Assembly (NCBI GenBank): GCA_043228905.1
Contig: JBHGNT010000013.1
Location: 20,088,001 to 20,152,000 of the forward strand
Direction of reading: 5' to 3'
Length of the DNA: 64,000 bases
DNA from: Azolla caroliniana
Taxonomy: Eukaryota > Plantae > Polypodiophyta
Numbering within the stretch: position 1 is the first letter of the stretch; the number at the start of each line of letters is the position of its first letter. This document shows positions 52,696-64,000 of this stretch, piece after piece. A program made the translations under genes and the position numbers. The notes under the pieces are model-generated. The model saw nothing but the letters and a program-made list of their open reading frames with translations, was not told the origin of the DNA and did not search any database.

Positions 52696-53853
52696 ATGGC
52701 TACTGTTAGCGCCCAAGAATACCAATCCGTTTTCTCCGAGCTACAATGCCTAAAAGAAAAGTTTGTTGCCCTGGAACAAGAAAACCAACGGCTGATAGGG
52801 GATCTGCAACAAATCGCTCTAGAAAAACAACAAACGCAACAACAACATGGGGAGTTAGCGTTACGGGTACAACAACTCGAAGCAGCGTTGCAACAACAAG
52901 GATCCAGTCCCCAAGGATTTCATAAAGAGCCCAAGATTGGACTTCCTGTGAAATTTGATGGAACGCGTTCGCAATTCCGGGGATTCCTTAATCAGGTACG
53001 CTTAGTCATCCAGATGCATCATTCCCGATATCCCACTGATGCATCTCGAGTCGGCCTAATAGGCACGCTACTTAGCGGCTCAGCCTTGGCATGGTTTGCT
53101 CCGCTTCTAGAAAAACAATCACCCTTACTTAATAACTTTGAAGATTTTATTGGTGAGTTTAAAGCCTGCTTTGGAGACACCGACAGCATCAGGACGGCGA
53201 TCAACAAGATCCGGCGATTGTGTCAAGGCGATCGTCCAGCCTCTGCCTACGCGGCGGATTTCCGCCTACTTGCTTCAGATATACCCTGGGATGATCAAGC
53301 ACTAATGGAGCAGTTTCGCTATGGCTTGCGAAACGATGTCAAAGATCTACTTCTAACTTTCCCCGAAGAACCAAAGTCTCTTACGAAGGCAATCAGTCGA
53401 GCAGTTCGATGTGACAACCGCCTTTTTGAACGGCGTTCAGAACGTCAATTACAGATACCACGCTCTAGGCCAGAGCCCACTTACGCCGCAGTCGTGGCTA
53501 AACCGTTTGCACGAGACACACCTCAAGCAAATACTTCGACACCGATGGAGATCGATACCATGCGTCGACGCGGCCCATTATCAGAAGAAGAAAAGCAACA
53601 ACGACGTGCCAATCGATTATGTCTTTATTGCGGTGGACCAGGACATATCGCCATCAATTGTCCCCATAGGCCAAGAAGACAGGTAAATCAAATCGTCGCC
53701 TGTACTAAACCCGAGTCAATTCTTCCCTTTGGAGTGTCTGATAGTATTAATAGTACTAATAGAGTGTCAGATAGTATTCATAGTACTAATAGCCCAAGTA
53801 TCTCAAATAAATTTGAAATCCTTAGTCAATTAGATGAAGAGTTAAACGATTGA
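52696..53853 (+). CDS. Gag of the inner chromovirus
   Basis: Paralogue of the outer gag with a CCHC knuckle. Confidence 0.95.
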   Translation: MATVSAQEYQSVFSELQCLKEKFVALEQENQRLIGDLQQIALEKQQTQQQHGELALRVQQLEAALQQQGSSPQGFHKEPKIGLPVKFDGTRSQFRGFLNQVRLVIQMHHSRYPTDASRVGLIGTLLSGSALAWFAPLLEKQSPLLNNFEDFIGEFKACFGDTDSIRTAINKIRRLCQGDRPASAYAADFRLLASDIPWDDQALMEQFRYGLRNDVKDLLLTFPEEPKSLTKAISRAVRCDNRLFERRSERQLQIPRSRPEPTYAAVVAKPFARDTPQANTSTPMEIDTMRRRGPLSEEEKQQRRANRLCLYCGGPGHIAINCPHRPRRQVNQIVACTKPESILPFGVSDSINSTNRVSDSIHSTNSPSISNKFEILSQLDEELND

Positions 53854-56800
53854 GTCCAGCCAAAATAGGAGCCATTTGGTTGGATAGCAGCCCTAGATCT
53901 GTACAGCCCATTAGTGGTTCCATTCCTTCCAAGCAAGTTAGCAATGTGTTCCTAGCCCAAGTCATTGTTAGTACTAAAAGTACTCCCCCAGTACCCGTCC
54001 TAGCACTTTTAGATTCCGGAGCTAATTCCTGTTTCATGGATCGAAATTTTGCCCAAGCTTCTCAGATATCCTTAAGAAAACTTCCTCGTCCCGCATCTGT
54101 AGTGGTCATTGATGGTCGTCCCATTGCTTCCGGGAATATTGTAGAAGAATCAGAACCCATTCAAGTTGTCCTAGGTAGTTTTGTGTGTATATTATCATTT
54201 AATATAATTAGTAGTCCAGAGCATCCCATTGTCCTAGGATTACCTTGGCTTGAATTACATAATCCAGCCATAGATTGGAGAACAAGAGAAGTCCGATATC
54301 GACCACCCCAAGAATCAACTCACCGAGTTTCGACCATTTCACTCCATCAACTACGCGAAGAAGGACCCAAGGAGGCAATGTTCCTATTTGCCATATCAGT
54401 ACATCCTTCTAGCACTATTAAGAAGGACTCCTCAATACAACTTCCGGCAAAATATCATCCTTATGCCGATGTATTTGACAAGGTAAAAGCCGGTACCCTT
54501 CCTCATCACCGTCCCTATGACTGTCCCATCGATTTACAACCAGGAACCGAGCCACCATGGGGACCAATTTACAACTTGTCACCCACCGAGTTAGAAGTCC
54601 TTCGAGCCTACATAGAGGAGAACTTGGCAAGGGGGTTCATCCGTCATTCGAAATCTCCGGCCGGTGCACCCATCTTCTTTGTCAAGAAGAAAGATGGCTC
54701 ACTTCGTCTTGTCATTGATTACCGCGGATTGAATAAAGTCACCATCCGGAATAGGTATGCACTTCCTCTTATATCAAGTCTTTTAGAGCGAGTTAATGGT
54801 GCCAAGTTTTTTACTAAAATCGACCTACGAGGAGCGTATAATCTTGTGCGGATCCGACCGGGAGATGAGTGGAAGACCGCTTTTCGCACGCGGTATGGGC
54901 ATTTCGAGTATACTGTTATGCCGTTTGGCCTAACCAATGCACCCGCAGTCTTCCAACACATGGCAAATGATATATTCAGAGACCTCTTGGATATCTGTTT
55001 GATCATTTATCTGGATGATCTGTTGATTTATTCGAAGACCCAGGAAGAGCACGATTCTCATGTACTATTAGTACTAAAGCGACTCCGCGAGAATGGTCTT
55101 TATGCCAAGCTAGAGAAATGTAGCTTTGACTGCAAGCAAGTGGAATTTCTAGGCTACGTCATCTCCTCAAAGGGCATCGCCATGGATCCAGCTAAAATCC
55201 AAACTGTACTAGAGTGGCAAATTCCACGGTCGGTACGAGATGTACAATGTTTTCTAGGCTTTGCTAACTTCTACCGTAAGTTTATACAGGATTACTCGAA
55301 GATTATTTTACCTCTCACACAACTTACGAAGAAGGGCCAAGCATTTCTTTGGTCCATCGAAGCAGATATGGCTTTTCGGCATCTTAAGAAAGCCTTTACA
55401 TCAGCACCGATTCTAGCTCATGTGGATACAAGCAAACCATTCATCATGGAGGCCGACGCATCAGATTTCGCCCTCGGTAGCATCCTTTCTCAACAAGGCG
55501 ATAAAGAAGAGTTGCATCCGGTGGCTTTCCATTCGCGCAAATTCAATGTCGCAGAAATCAACTACGAAATACATGACAAGGAGTTATTAGCCATCGTGGA
55601 TTCATTTGTACAATGGCGGCATTTCTTAGAGGGCTCTCCACATCAGGTCATTGTCTTTAGCGATCATAAAAATCTTGCTTATTTTCAGAACACTCGCGTA
55701 CTAAATCGACGGCAAGCTCGGTGGGCGCAATTCCTCACGCGTTTCAACTTCGAAATCACATATCGACCGGGGAAGCAACAAGGAAAAGCAGATGCACTAT
55801 CACGGCGTTCATATCTTGCACCTCGTCCTGGTGACGCAACATTTGATAATCAAAAGCAAGTAATCTTGGGACCAACACGATTGCACACGACGCGGATTTT
55901 TCACACCCCGATGGATTCACGGATTACCGATGACATACGTGCAACCTTGAAGACGGATAGTTTTGCTCAAGACATCCTGGCGCACATTGATACTTCTCGG
56001 GCATCCTGTTCTCAGTCTCAACAACCAGGTATTGACTACCGACAATTCGAATATCATGATGGTTTGTTATTCTTTAAAAAGCGCGTATATGTCCCCGATT
56101 GCTCCTGTCGCCTTCAAATCGTCCAACATTGTCACGACACCCATACGGCGGGACATTTCGGTAGTACCAAGACGTTGGAGTTAGTGCACCGATCTTTTTG
56201 GTGGCCCCACATGCGCCGTTTTGTCGACGACTACGTTCGGACCTGTGATGCTTGCTGCCGAGCAAAGATGCCACGACACCATCCATATGGCTTGTTGGAA
56301 CCTTTACCAATTCCAAGTAAGCCATGGCAGTCTATTTGTCTTGATTTTATTACAGATCTGCCGGTCTCGAAGGGGTTCGATGCTATCCTAACCATCGTCG
56401 ATCGATATACGAAGATGGCACATTTTGTGCCATGTACTAAAGCCATCACTAGCGAGGAAACCGCCGCTCTTGTTATGCGTGAGGTATTTCGGCATCATGG
56501 CCTACCAGAAAGTATTATCAGTGACCGAGGCCCGCAATTTGTCTCCAAATTTTGGCAGCATCTCTTCAGGATGCTCAAGGTCTCCTACAACCTCTCCTCC
56601 GGCTACCATCCTCAAACTGATGGACAGGCGGAACGAACAAACCAAACGTTGGAGCAATATCTCCGGTGTTTCCTGAGTTATCAACAGGACGATTGGGCCG
56701 AGATTCTCCACTTTGCGGAGTTTGCGTATAATAATGTTATTCACTCCTCGACTCGGGTCTCCCCATTTCTCGCTTATACCGGTTTCCATCCTCGCTGGTC

Positions 56801-57422
56801 GGTGATCGACACTCCGGAGCTACCTACCAACCCTCGTGCCGAGGACCATTTGGAGAGGCTACGCAAGATCCAGATGGATCTCTCTACTCACCTTCGTCAT
56901 GCTCAACACACACAGAAGACTTATGCGGATCGTCATCGGATTCCCTCCTCTTTTGCCATCGGAGATCAAGTATGGCTCTTACGTCGTCACATCAAGACTA
57001 CTCGACCGTGCGACAAGTTGGATTATCGACGACTCGGTCCTTTCCGTATTACGGGGAAGATTAATGATGTCACCTTCCGCCTGGATCTCCCTCCGCAGCT
57101 TCAGATACATCCGGTTTTCCATTGTTCTCTTCTTGAACCTTATAAAGCAAACACCATTCCCGATCGTGTGACACCACCGCCGCCCCCGCTGGAGTTGGAC
57201 GCCGGCCCGGAGTATGAAGTTGCTGCCATCCTCGATTCCAAACTTGTTCGCAACAAACTTTATTACTTGGTCGATTGGCTCGGTTATAGTCCGAGCGAAC
57301 GTACTTGGGAACCCGTCGAGAATGTTGCCAATGCACAAGATCTTCTTGCTGATTTCCACCGAAAGTATCCGGACAAACCCGGTCCGCAGTTAGCGCCGAC
57401 TCGTTCCACTCGTCGTCTTTAA
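53850..57422 (+). CDS. Pol (PR-RT-RNaseH-IN-chromodomain), in the -1 frame relative to gag
   Basis: 1190-aa open frame with LLDSGA, YLDD, DAS, HHCC, integrase core, GPF and chromodomain. Confidence 0.96.
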   Translation: MSPAKIGAIWLDSSPRSVQPISGSIPSKQVSNVFLAQVIVSTKSTPPVPVLALLDSGANSCFMDRNFAQASQISLRKLPRPASVVVIDGRPIASGNIVEESEPIQVVLGSFVCILSFNIISSPEHPIVLGLPWLELHNPAIDWRTREVRYRPPQESTHRVSTISLHQLREEGPKEAMFLFAISVHPSSTIKKDSSIQLPAKYHPYADVFDKVKAGTLPHHRPYDCPIDLQPGTEPPWGPIYNLSPTELEVLRAYIEENLARGFIRHSKSPAGAPIFFVKKKDGSLRLVIDYRGLNKVTIRNRYALPLISSLLERVNGAKFFTKIDLRGAYNLVRIRPGDEWKTAFRTRYGHFEYTVMPFGLTNAPAVFQHMANDIFRDLLDICLIIYLDDLLIYSKTQEEHDSHVLLVLKRLRENGLYAKLEKCSFDCKQVEFLGYVISSKGIAMDPAKIQTVLEWQIPRSVRDVQCFLGFANFYRKFIQDYSKIILPLTQLTKKGQAFLWSIEADMAFRHLKKAFTSAPILAHVDTSKPFIMEADASDFALGSILSQQGDKEELHPVAFHSRKFNVAEINYEIHDKELLAIVDSFVQWRHFLEGSPHQVIVFSDHKNLAYFQNTRVLNRRQARWAQFLTRFNFEITYRPGKQQGKADALSRRSYLAPRPGDATFDNQKQVILGPTRLHTTRIFHTPMDSRITDDIRATLKTDSFAQDILAHIDTSRASCSQSQQPGIDYRQFEYHDGLLFFKKRVYVPDCSCRLQIVQHCHDTHTAGHFGSTKTLELVHRSFWWPHMRRFVDDYVRTCDACCRAKMPRHHPYGLLEPLPIPSKPWQSICLDFITDLPVSKGFDAILTIVDRYTKMAHFVPCTKAITSEETAALVMREVFRHHGLPESIISDRGPQFVSKFWQHLFRMLKVSYNLSSGYHPQTDGQAERTNQTLEQYLRCFLSYQQDDWAEILHFAEFAYNNVIHSSTRVSPFLAYTGFHPRWSVIDTPELPTNPRAEDHLERLRKIQMDLSTHLRHAQHTQKTYADRHRIPSSFAIGDQVWLLRRHIKTTRPCDKLDYRRLGPFRITGKINDVTFRLDLPPQLQIHPVFHCSLLEPYKANTIPDRVTPPPPPLELDAGPEYEVAAILDSKLVRNKLYYLVDWLGYSPSERTWEPVENVANAQDLLADFHRKYPDKPGPQLAPTRSTRRL

Positions 57423-57869
57423 GGGGGAGATAGTGTCATGGCAAGACTCGAACCCATGACTTTATGCTACATGGGTCGAGCTCTTACCATTAGATTAGGA
57501 ATTGTATTTTGTAGGATATTATTTTCATTTATACTTTATCATAGAAAATTGATGTATATTCCAGATCTCTCTGGAACATTCTAGAAGCTTCAAGATTATT
57601 CCTAAAAACACTATAAAAGGAGGCACAAGGCATTGTTTTGAACCAAATTGGTTCAACGCCAGTCTTAAGCCTCTTAGCCGCTTGTACTTATCTTTTCACA
57701 TAATATATAGCCGCTGTCATCATCTCTCTCATTCTCGCTATCTCTCTCTCTCTCCTCTTCTCACTTCCTCTCTCGGGAGTCTTACGCAGTCCCGTCCTCT
57801 TAGTACTAATAGTACTGTTGTTCTTAGTACTAATTCCATCTCTGTTTTAGTACTATTCCTGACAAAAAG

Positions 57870-60800
57870 TACCCCTCCAGTAAATGTCCTAGCACTCCTA
57901 GATTCCGGAGCTAACTCTTGCTTTATGGATAAGAAATTTGCTCAAGCTCATAAGATATCCCTAAGAAAACTCCAGTGTCCAGCCTCTGTAGTAGTCATTG
58001 ATGGACGTCCCATTGCTTCTGGAAATATCCTAGAAGAGTCAGAGCCCATTAATATTGTCCTAGATAACTTAGCATGTGTAGTATCATTTAATATTATTAG
58101 TATCCCAGAACATCCTATAGTTTTAGGACTACCGTGGTTCGAGTTACATAACCCTGACATAGATTGGAGAACAAGAGAAATCCGGTGTCGACAAACCCAA
58201 GGGTCAACTCAGAAGATGGCAACCATTTCGCTACGTCAATTGCGTAAAGAAGGGCACAAGGAGGAAATGTTCCTCTTTGCAATATCAGTAAACCCCTCCA
58301 ACACCACTAAAGAAGAATCCACCATTCAACTTCCCGAGAAGTATCGTCATTACACCGATGTGTTCGATAAAGTACAAGCCAACACACTTCCTCATCATCG
58401 ACCGTACGATTGCCCCATCGATTTACAACCGGGAAAAGAGCCACCATGGGGACCGATCTACAATTTGTCACCAACCGAGCTGGAAGTCCTTCGGGCCTAT
58501 ATAGAGGAGAATTTGGAAAATGGTTTCATTCGGCATTCGAAATCTCCAACCGGTGCGCCCATTTTCTTCGTCAAGAAAAAAGATGGATCGCTTCGTCTCG
58601 TTGTAGATTATCGTGGCTTGAATAAGGTTACAATCAGGAATAGGTATGCTCTTCCCCTTATCTCAAGTCTTTTAGAACGGATCAATGGTGCCAGGTTCTT
58701 CACGAAGATCGACTTATGGGGAGCATATAACCTCGTACGGATCCGACCAGGAGACGAATGGAAGACCGCGTTTCGCACCAGATATGGGCACTTCGAGTAT
58801 ACTGTCATGCCGTTCGGCCTCACTAATGCGCCGGCAATCTTCCAGCACATGGCTAATGATATATTCCGAGATCTATTGGATGATTGTTTGATCATCTATT
58901 TGGATGATCTACTGGTTTATTCAAAGACCCAAGAAGAACATGATTCTCATGTACTATTAGTACTAAAACGACTTCGAGAACATGGTCTGTATGCAAAGCT
59001 AGAAAAATGTAGTTTCGGGTGCAACCAAGTGGAATTTCTCGGCTACATCATTTCATCAGAAGGCATCTCCATGGACCCAGCTAAGGTCAAAACGGTGGTA
59101 GAATGGCAGACTCCGCGTTCGGTACGGGATGTGCAATGCTTCTTGGGCTTTGCCAATTTTTACCGGAAGTTCATACAAGATTACTCAAAGATCGTTCTAC
59201 CTCTCACACAACTTACCAGGAAGGGACAACCGTTCATCTGGTCTGAAGAAACGGACATGGCTTTCGAGAGTCTTAAAAAAGCATTTACATCGGCTCCAAT
59301 TCTAGCTCATGTCGATTCGGAGAAACCATTCATTATCGAAGCTGACGCATCGGATTTTGCATTAGGGAGCATTTTGTCACAACAGGGGAATGATGAAAAG
59401 CTACATCCTGTGGCTTTTCACTCACGCAAGTTTGATGCCGCCGAAATCAACTACGAAATTCATGATAAGGAGCTATTGGCAATAGTGGATTCTTTTATGC
59501 AATGGAGGCATTTTCTGGAGGGATCCTCTCATCCAGTCACCGTATTTAGTGACCACAAGAATCTTGCCTACTTTCAGGATGCTCGTGTGTTGAATCGACG
59601 TCAAGCTCGGTGGGCCCACTTCCTCACGCGTTTCGACTTCAAAATTACGTATCGTCCAGGGAGGCACCAAGGGAAGGCAGATGCATTATCACGGCGTTCG
59701 TATCTAGCACCCCGTCCCGGCGAGCCAGCTTTCGATAACCAAAAACAAGTCATCTTGGGACTGGCACGACTACAAGCAACACAAATCTTTGACATGCCTA
59801 TGGATTCCCGCGTTATCGATACCATACGTGAAGACTTGAAGACAGATGCGTTCGCCCAAGCTATACTAGCACAAATTGATCCCTCTCGAGCATCGTGTTC
59901 ACAGTCGCAACCACCAGGTACGGACTATCGGCAATTCAAATACCATGATGGATTACTCTTCTTTAAAGAACTTTTGTATGTTCCTAATGGTTCTTGCCGC
60001 CTTCGAGTAGTACAAAACTGTCATGACACATATACAGCTGGGCATTTTGGTAGTACTAAAACATTACATTTAGTACAACGATCATTCTAGTGGCCCTGTA
60101 TGCGACAATTTGTCGAGGATTTTGTTCGGACTTGTGATACATGTTGCAGAGCAAAAATGCCAAGGCATCATCCGTATGGTTTATTAGAACCATTACCAAT
60201 TCCAAGCAAGTCGTGGCAATCCATTGCTCTAGACTTCATCACAGATCTTCCAGTCTCAAAGGGGTTCAATGCGATTCTAACGGTGGTCGATCGATATACG
60301 AAGATGGCTCATTTCTTGCCATGTACTAAGGAGATCTCTAGTGAAGACACTGCCGAAATTGTCATGCGTGAAGTATGTCGGCATCATGGACTCCTCGATA
60401 GTATCATCAGCGACCGTGGACCCCAATTCGTGTCAAAATTCTGGAAGCACCTTTTTAACATGCTCAAGGTCAGTTGTAACCTCTCTTCCGGCTACCACCC
60501 ACAAACTGACGGCCAAGCTGAACGAACAAATCAAACGTTGGAGCAGTATCTGCAGTGCTTTCTCAGCTATCATCAGGACGACTGGGCAGATATTCTCCAC
60601 TTCGCCGAATTTGCCTATAACAACTCTATCCACGCATCCACTAAAGTTACGCCATTTTATGCTTATACGGGATGTCACCCCCGGTGGAGTGTACTTGAAA
60701 ACCCAGAGGTGTCCACAAATCCGTGCGCGGAGGATCGTTTGGAGCGGTTACGCAAGATACAAGCAGATTTATCTACTCATCTCCAGCAAGCTCAACAAAC

Positions 60801-61329
60801 ACACAAGGTCTACGCGGATCGTCATCGACTTCCATCTAGTTTTAATATTGGAGATCGAGTGTGGCTGCTACGACGACACATCAAGACTACTCGCCCATGT
60901 GAGAAGTTGGATTATCGGCGATTAGGTCCTTTCCGTATTATTGGAAAGATTAATGATGTCGCTTTTCGTCTCAATCTACCTCCTCAACTTCGGATACATC
61001 CGGTGTTTCATAGTTCTCTCTTCGAACCCTACCACGAGAGCACCATCCCAGAACGTCTTATCCAACCTCCACCCCCGATCGAGCTTGAAGATGGGCCGGA
61101 GTACGAGGTTGCCGCCATCCTTGATTCCAAGATTGTTCGCAACAAGCTCTACTATCTAGTCGATTGGCTAGGCTATAGTCCCAGCGAACGTACTTGGGAA
61201 CCGATTGAGAATGTAACCAATGCTCGTGCTCTTCTTGAAGACTTCCATCGTCAATATCCACACAAACCGGGTCCTCAATCCAAGACGACTCGTGACACTC
61301 ATCGTTTTAAAGGGGGGATAGTGTCATGA
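57870..61329 (+). pseudogene. Pol of the outer chromovirus (PR-RT-RH-IN-chromodomain); N-terminus at about 52080-52205; TAG at 60088-60090
   Basis: LLDSGA, YLDD, EADASD, GHFG..CDTC, EYEVAAILD..YLVDWLGY..TWEP. Confidence 0.93.
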
Positions 61330-61754
61330 GGGATAGTGTCATGATATGGCAAGACTCGAACCCATGACCTTAGGTTATATAGGTCGAGCTCTTGACCATT
61401 AGACCATCTATTGTAATACGTAGGATATTATTTTATTATAGGAAATTAGTGTATATTCCAGATTTCTCTAGAACATTCTAGAAGCTTCAGGATTACTCCT
61501 GAAAACACTATAAAAGAGGGCACTAGGCATTATGTTGAACCAAATTGGTTCAACGCCAGTCTTAAGCCTTTTAGCCACCGTTGTATATTCTCTTCATATA
61601 ATAAATATCTTTCTTATCATCACTCTCTCTCTCTCTCTCTTTTTCTCTCTGTCTCACTCACTTCTTCCTTCTCTTGAAGAAGTTCCACACCTCACATAGT
61701 ACTAATCTTTCGTTTAGTACTAATTCCTTCTCTGTCTCTGTACTGTTCATGACA

Positions 61755-64000
61755 CGTAGCGGCTTTTGGGTCTCGCTCGAGTGAATCATGTTGCCGTCCA
61801 AATAGACGACATTCTTGTGAATCGCATCTTGCAAGTCAGTGCACTCCCTTCGCGAGTGCTCGAAGCTGTCACACCAGACACATCTATACGCTTCTTTTCC
61901 CTTTGGCCCACGTCGACCTAAGTTGGCCAACGATACCGCTTCAAACTTCTTGGAGAGCTCTTCGATTATGGATTCTTCCATCGCTTTCTTGTCGAAATTG
62001 TTGATCGCCTTGCTAGGCTCGATCATCATAGGCGCCTTCCTCCACGATTGTGGATTCTCCATATCAGTTTCCTCTTGCCATTGTCGACGCTTATCAAGAC
62101 GGCTACAAGCCTTCTTCACCGCCGCCTAGTCTGCTACTAAACCATTTGGTTGTGTTTCATCCTCCAAAAAGTTACCCAATTCACACCGATCTTTCGCATC
62201 CACTGCCTTCAGGAATAGTAGGGCTTTATCTCCATCGAGAACTCGTTGATCAACACTCGGAAGTCGGTTATACTTCTGGTCGAATTCGGCATATACTCTA
62301 GACGCACACATATTCTTCCCTTTCTTCTCGATCCATGTCATTAGCATATGTCGAGTCATCCGTGATGCGTCTTCAAGCATGTATTTAGCAAGAAGCGCCT
62401 TTTCAAACTCCGCCCAAGTTGCATGCTCATTTTGGATCTCCATGACGCGCTCGCTGATCCCTGGTTCCACCAGACGTTAGAAGCTAGAAATTTGTTTGAG
62501 ATCATTGACATCCCTTTGTTGCATCTCGTTCCGATAGGTAGCAAGAAAATCCGTGATGTTCTTGCCACCAAATTGTCCAACTATCTCGACCGTACGATCA
62601 ACAGCTTTGGCGATTAAAGCTTCTCGATCTCTCACCTTCAGCATATATTCCACTATGGACACCATGCCTTTCGTTAATTCCTCTTCTTGAGTTCCGCTTG
62701 TGGAAGCCATCGTTGCACTTGCTATCCTCCCTACCGCCTCTTTCACGTCGGGTTCACCACTTAATTATGTCGTGAAAATCCGTCACTATGTGCGGATCAT
62801 GAGACGGAACCGTCGGGGTTCTGGACTAGAAGGATTTAGTGCAACACGTACAACACAAGCAATTTTTAAGCATAAGACAAGTGGGAGAGACAAATCATTC
62901 GTTTATTCCAAAAGAAAATCGATTCTTTATAATTTCAGAATCGTGTTACAATGGGTTGGGTATGGAAATGAGGGATTAGTTTTTCAAAGAAAGGAGCCAA
63001 CAACAATGCAAGGAGTGGTCTGATATGAATACGAGAGATGATTGTTTTTTGACAAGAAAGATCGAGTCCCCAAACTTAGCTAGTTGGGTATGGAAATGAG
63101 AGATTAATTTTTCAAAGAAAGGAGCCAACAACCATGCAAGGAGTGGTCTGATATGAATACGAGAGAGATGATTGTTTTTTTACAAGAAAGAACGAGTCCC
63201 CAAAGCTAGGAGTTTGATATCAATATGTGAGATAAATTGTTTCTCGAAAACCTAGAGGGAAGAAGAAGGAAGAGGGGGGGGGGGGGGGGGGGGGGGGAAC
63301 TAGGAGGAAAAAAATGGGACATATATCGAGCTCCTCGTTGATCCTCCTCCTCAATATTACTTTGCATGCCCACTTTTAGTTGGATGGCCTCTATTTTTAG
63401 TTGCAAGCTTCCATTTTTAGATGCATGCCTTTTACTTTTAGTTGCATGGCCTTGGCTTTTGGTTGCATGCGATTGTCCGTATAATTCGGCCAAATGACAC
63501 AATCATCCATAAAGTTTAGCCCGTGCGCAATCTATACGTGCGTCGCAACCAAACCGTAGACGCGTCCACATGCAAAAGTCCCGACCACGTAGTAGTGTAC
63601 GCATCCACACATGCGTGCATCCCGACCGCGCCGTAGTGTACGCATCCACGCGCCCGCGCACACACACACGCGTCTGCGCGCTCGTCCGCACATACACCCG
63701 AAACTTGCACACACGCGTACATCCGAAGACATCCATGCGCGTGTATGTCTGAAAATGTCCACGCAGCCATGCACACACGCATACGCCCAAAGCGTGCACA
63801 CCACATAGTGTAGCCCAAGTCACCTTGAACATTCTATGCTCCACACATTGATAGAATGAATATGTTTTGGTTTCCCTTATATATTCCGGGTTCCAATGTT
63901 GTCCTATCTATGTGGGATATCTCACAATTTTGTCTTTTCTTTTCTCTTCTTTAAACTTTACACTCACATAACTTGATACTTGTTTATCCGTTTTATGTGT
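61755..64000 (-). mobile_element. Truncated tRNA-Trp-primed Ty3 element: decayed gag (62746-61755) and 5' LTR from 62768 to beyond the window
   Basis: PBS complement ttcacgtcgggttcacca at 62742-62759, LTR end TGTCGTG at 62768, gag fragments FGGKNITDFL and CVWCDSFEHSRREC. The LTR has an about 130-bp duplication and a poly-G tract at about 63273-63297. Confidence 0.88.

Larger units (their letters stand above)
52206..57864 (+). mobile_element. Inner, apparently intact Tcn1-like chromovirus (LTRs 52206-52627 and 57434-57864)
   Basis: 5-bp TSD AAAAG (52201-52205 and 57865-57869), LTRs differing by a few SNPs and a 9-bp indel, PPT aagggggaga, open gag and pol. Confidence 0.97.
50410..61754 (+). 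mobile_element. Outer Tcn1-like chromovirus (LTRs 50410-50856 and 61337-61754), interrupted, no matching TSD
   Basis: TGTCATGA...TCATGACA LTRs, gag 50930-52081, pol split around the nested copy, C-terminal chromodomain. Confidence 0.92.

Noticed and set aside
63273-63297. Poly-G tract as a functional G-quadruplex
   Set aside because: Homopolymer length is unreliable and there is no second LTR copy to test conservation.

Overview
Eukaryotic, repeat-dense plant DNA, most likely from a seed-free land plant (fern, lycophyte or bryophyte, inferred from the transposon lineages). Bases 1-21274 are the right end of a near-identical tandem array (4879/4881-bp unit, four full copies plus a partial one). 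Each unit carries one intact two-exon CYP78A (KLUH-family) P450 gene on the minus strand. The array stops 7 bp from the probable end of a decayed Sola2-like DNA transposon, which has a spliced DDD transposase and a convergent RING-H2/coiled-coil accessory gene. The rest is nested LTR retrotransposons: a gag-only element, a non-autonomous tRNA-Trp-primed element containing a near-complete relative (Phygy/Ylt1-like Ty3), a Ty1/copia remnant, and two Tcn1-like chromoviruses nested one inside the other. Most notable: (i) the CYP78A amplicon; (ii) antisense tRNA-like Pol III A/B-box cassettes in the LTRs of two unrelated Ty3 lineages; (iii) a hammerhead-ribozyme-like motif in a solo LTR; (iv) CpG-centred 4-bp target sites for the Trp-primed family; (v) GTACT motif arrays shared by unrelated elements. 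All calls are by eye, with no alignments or database searches run.
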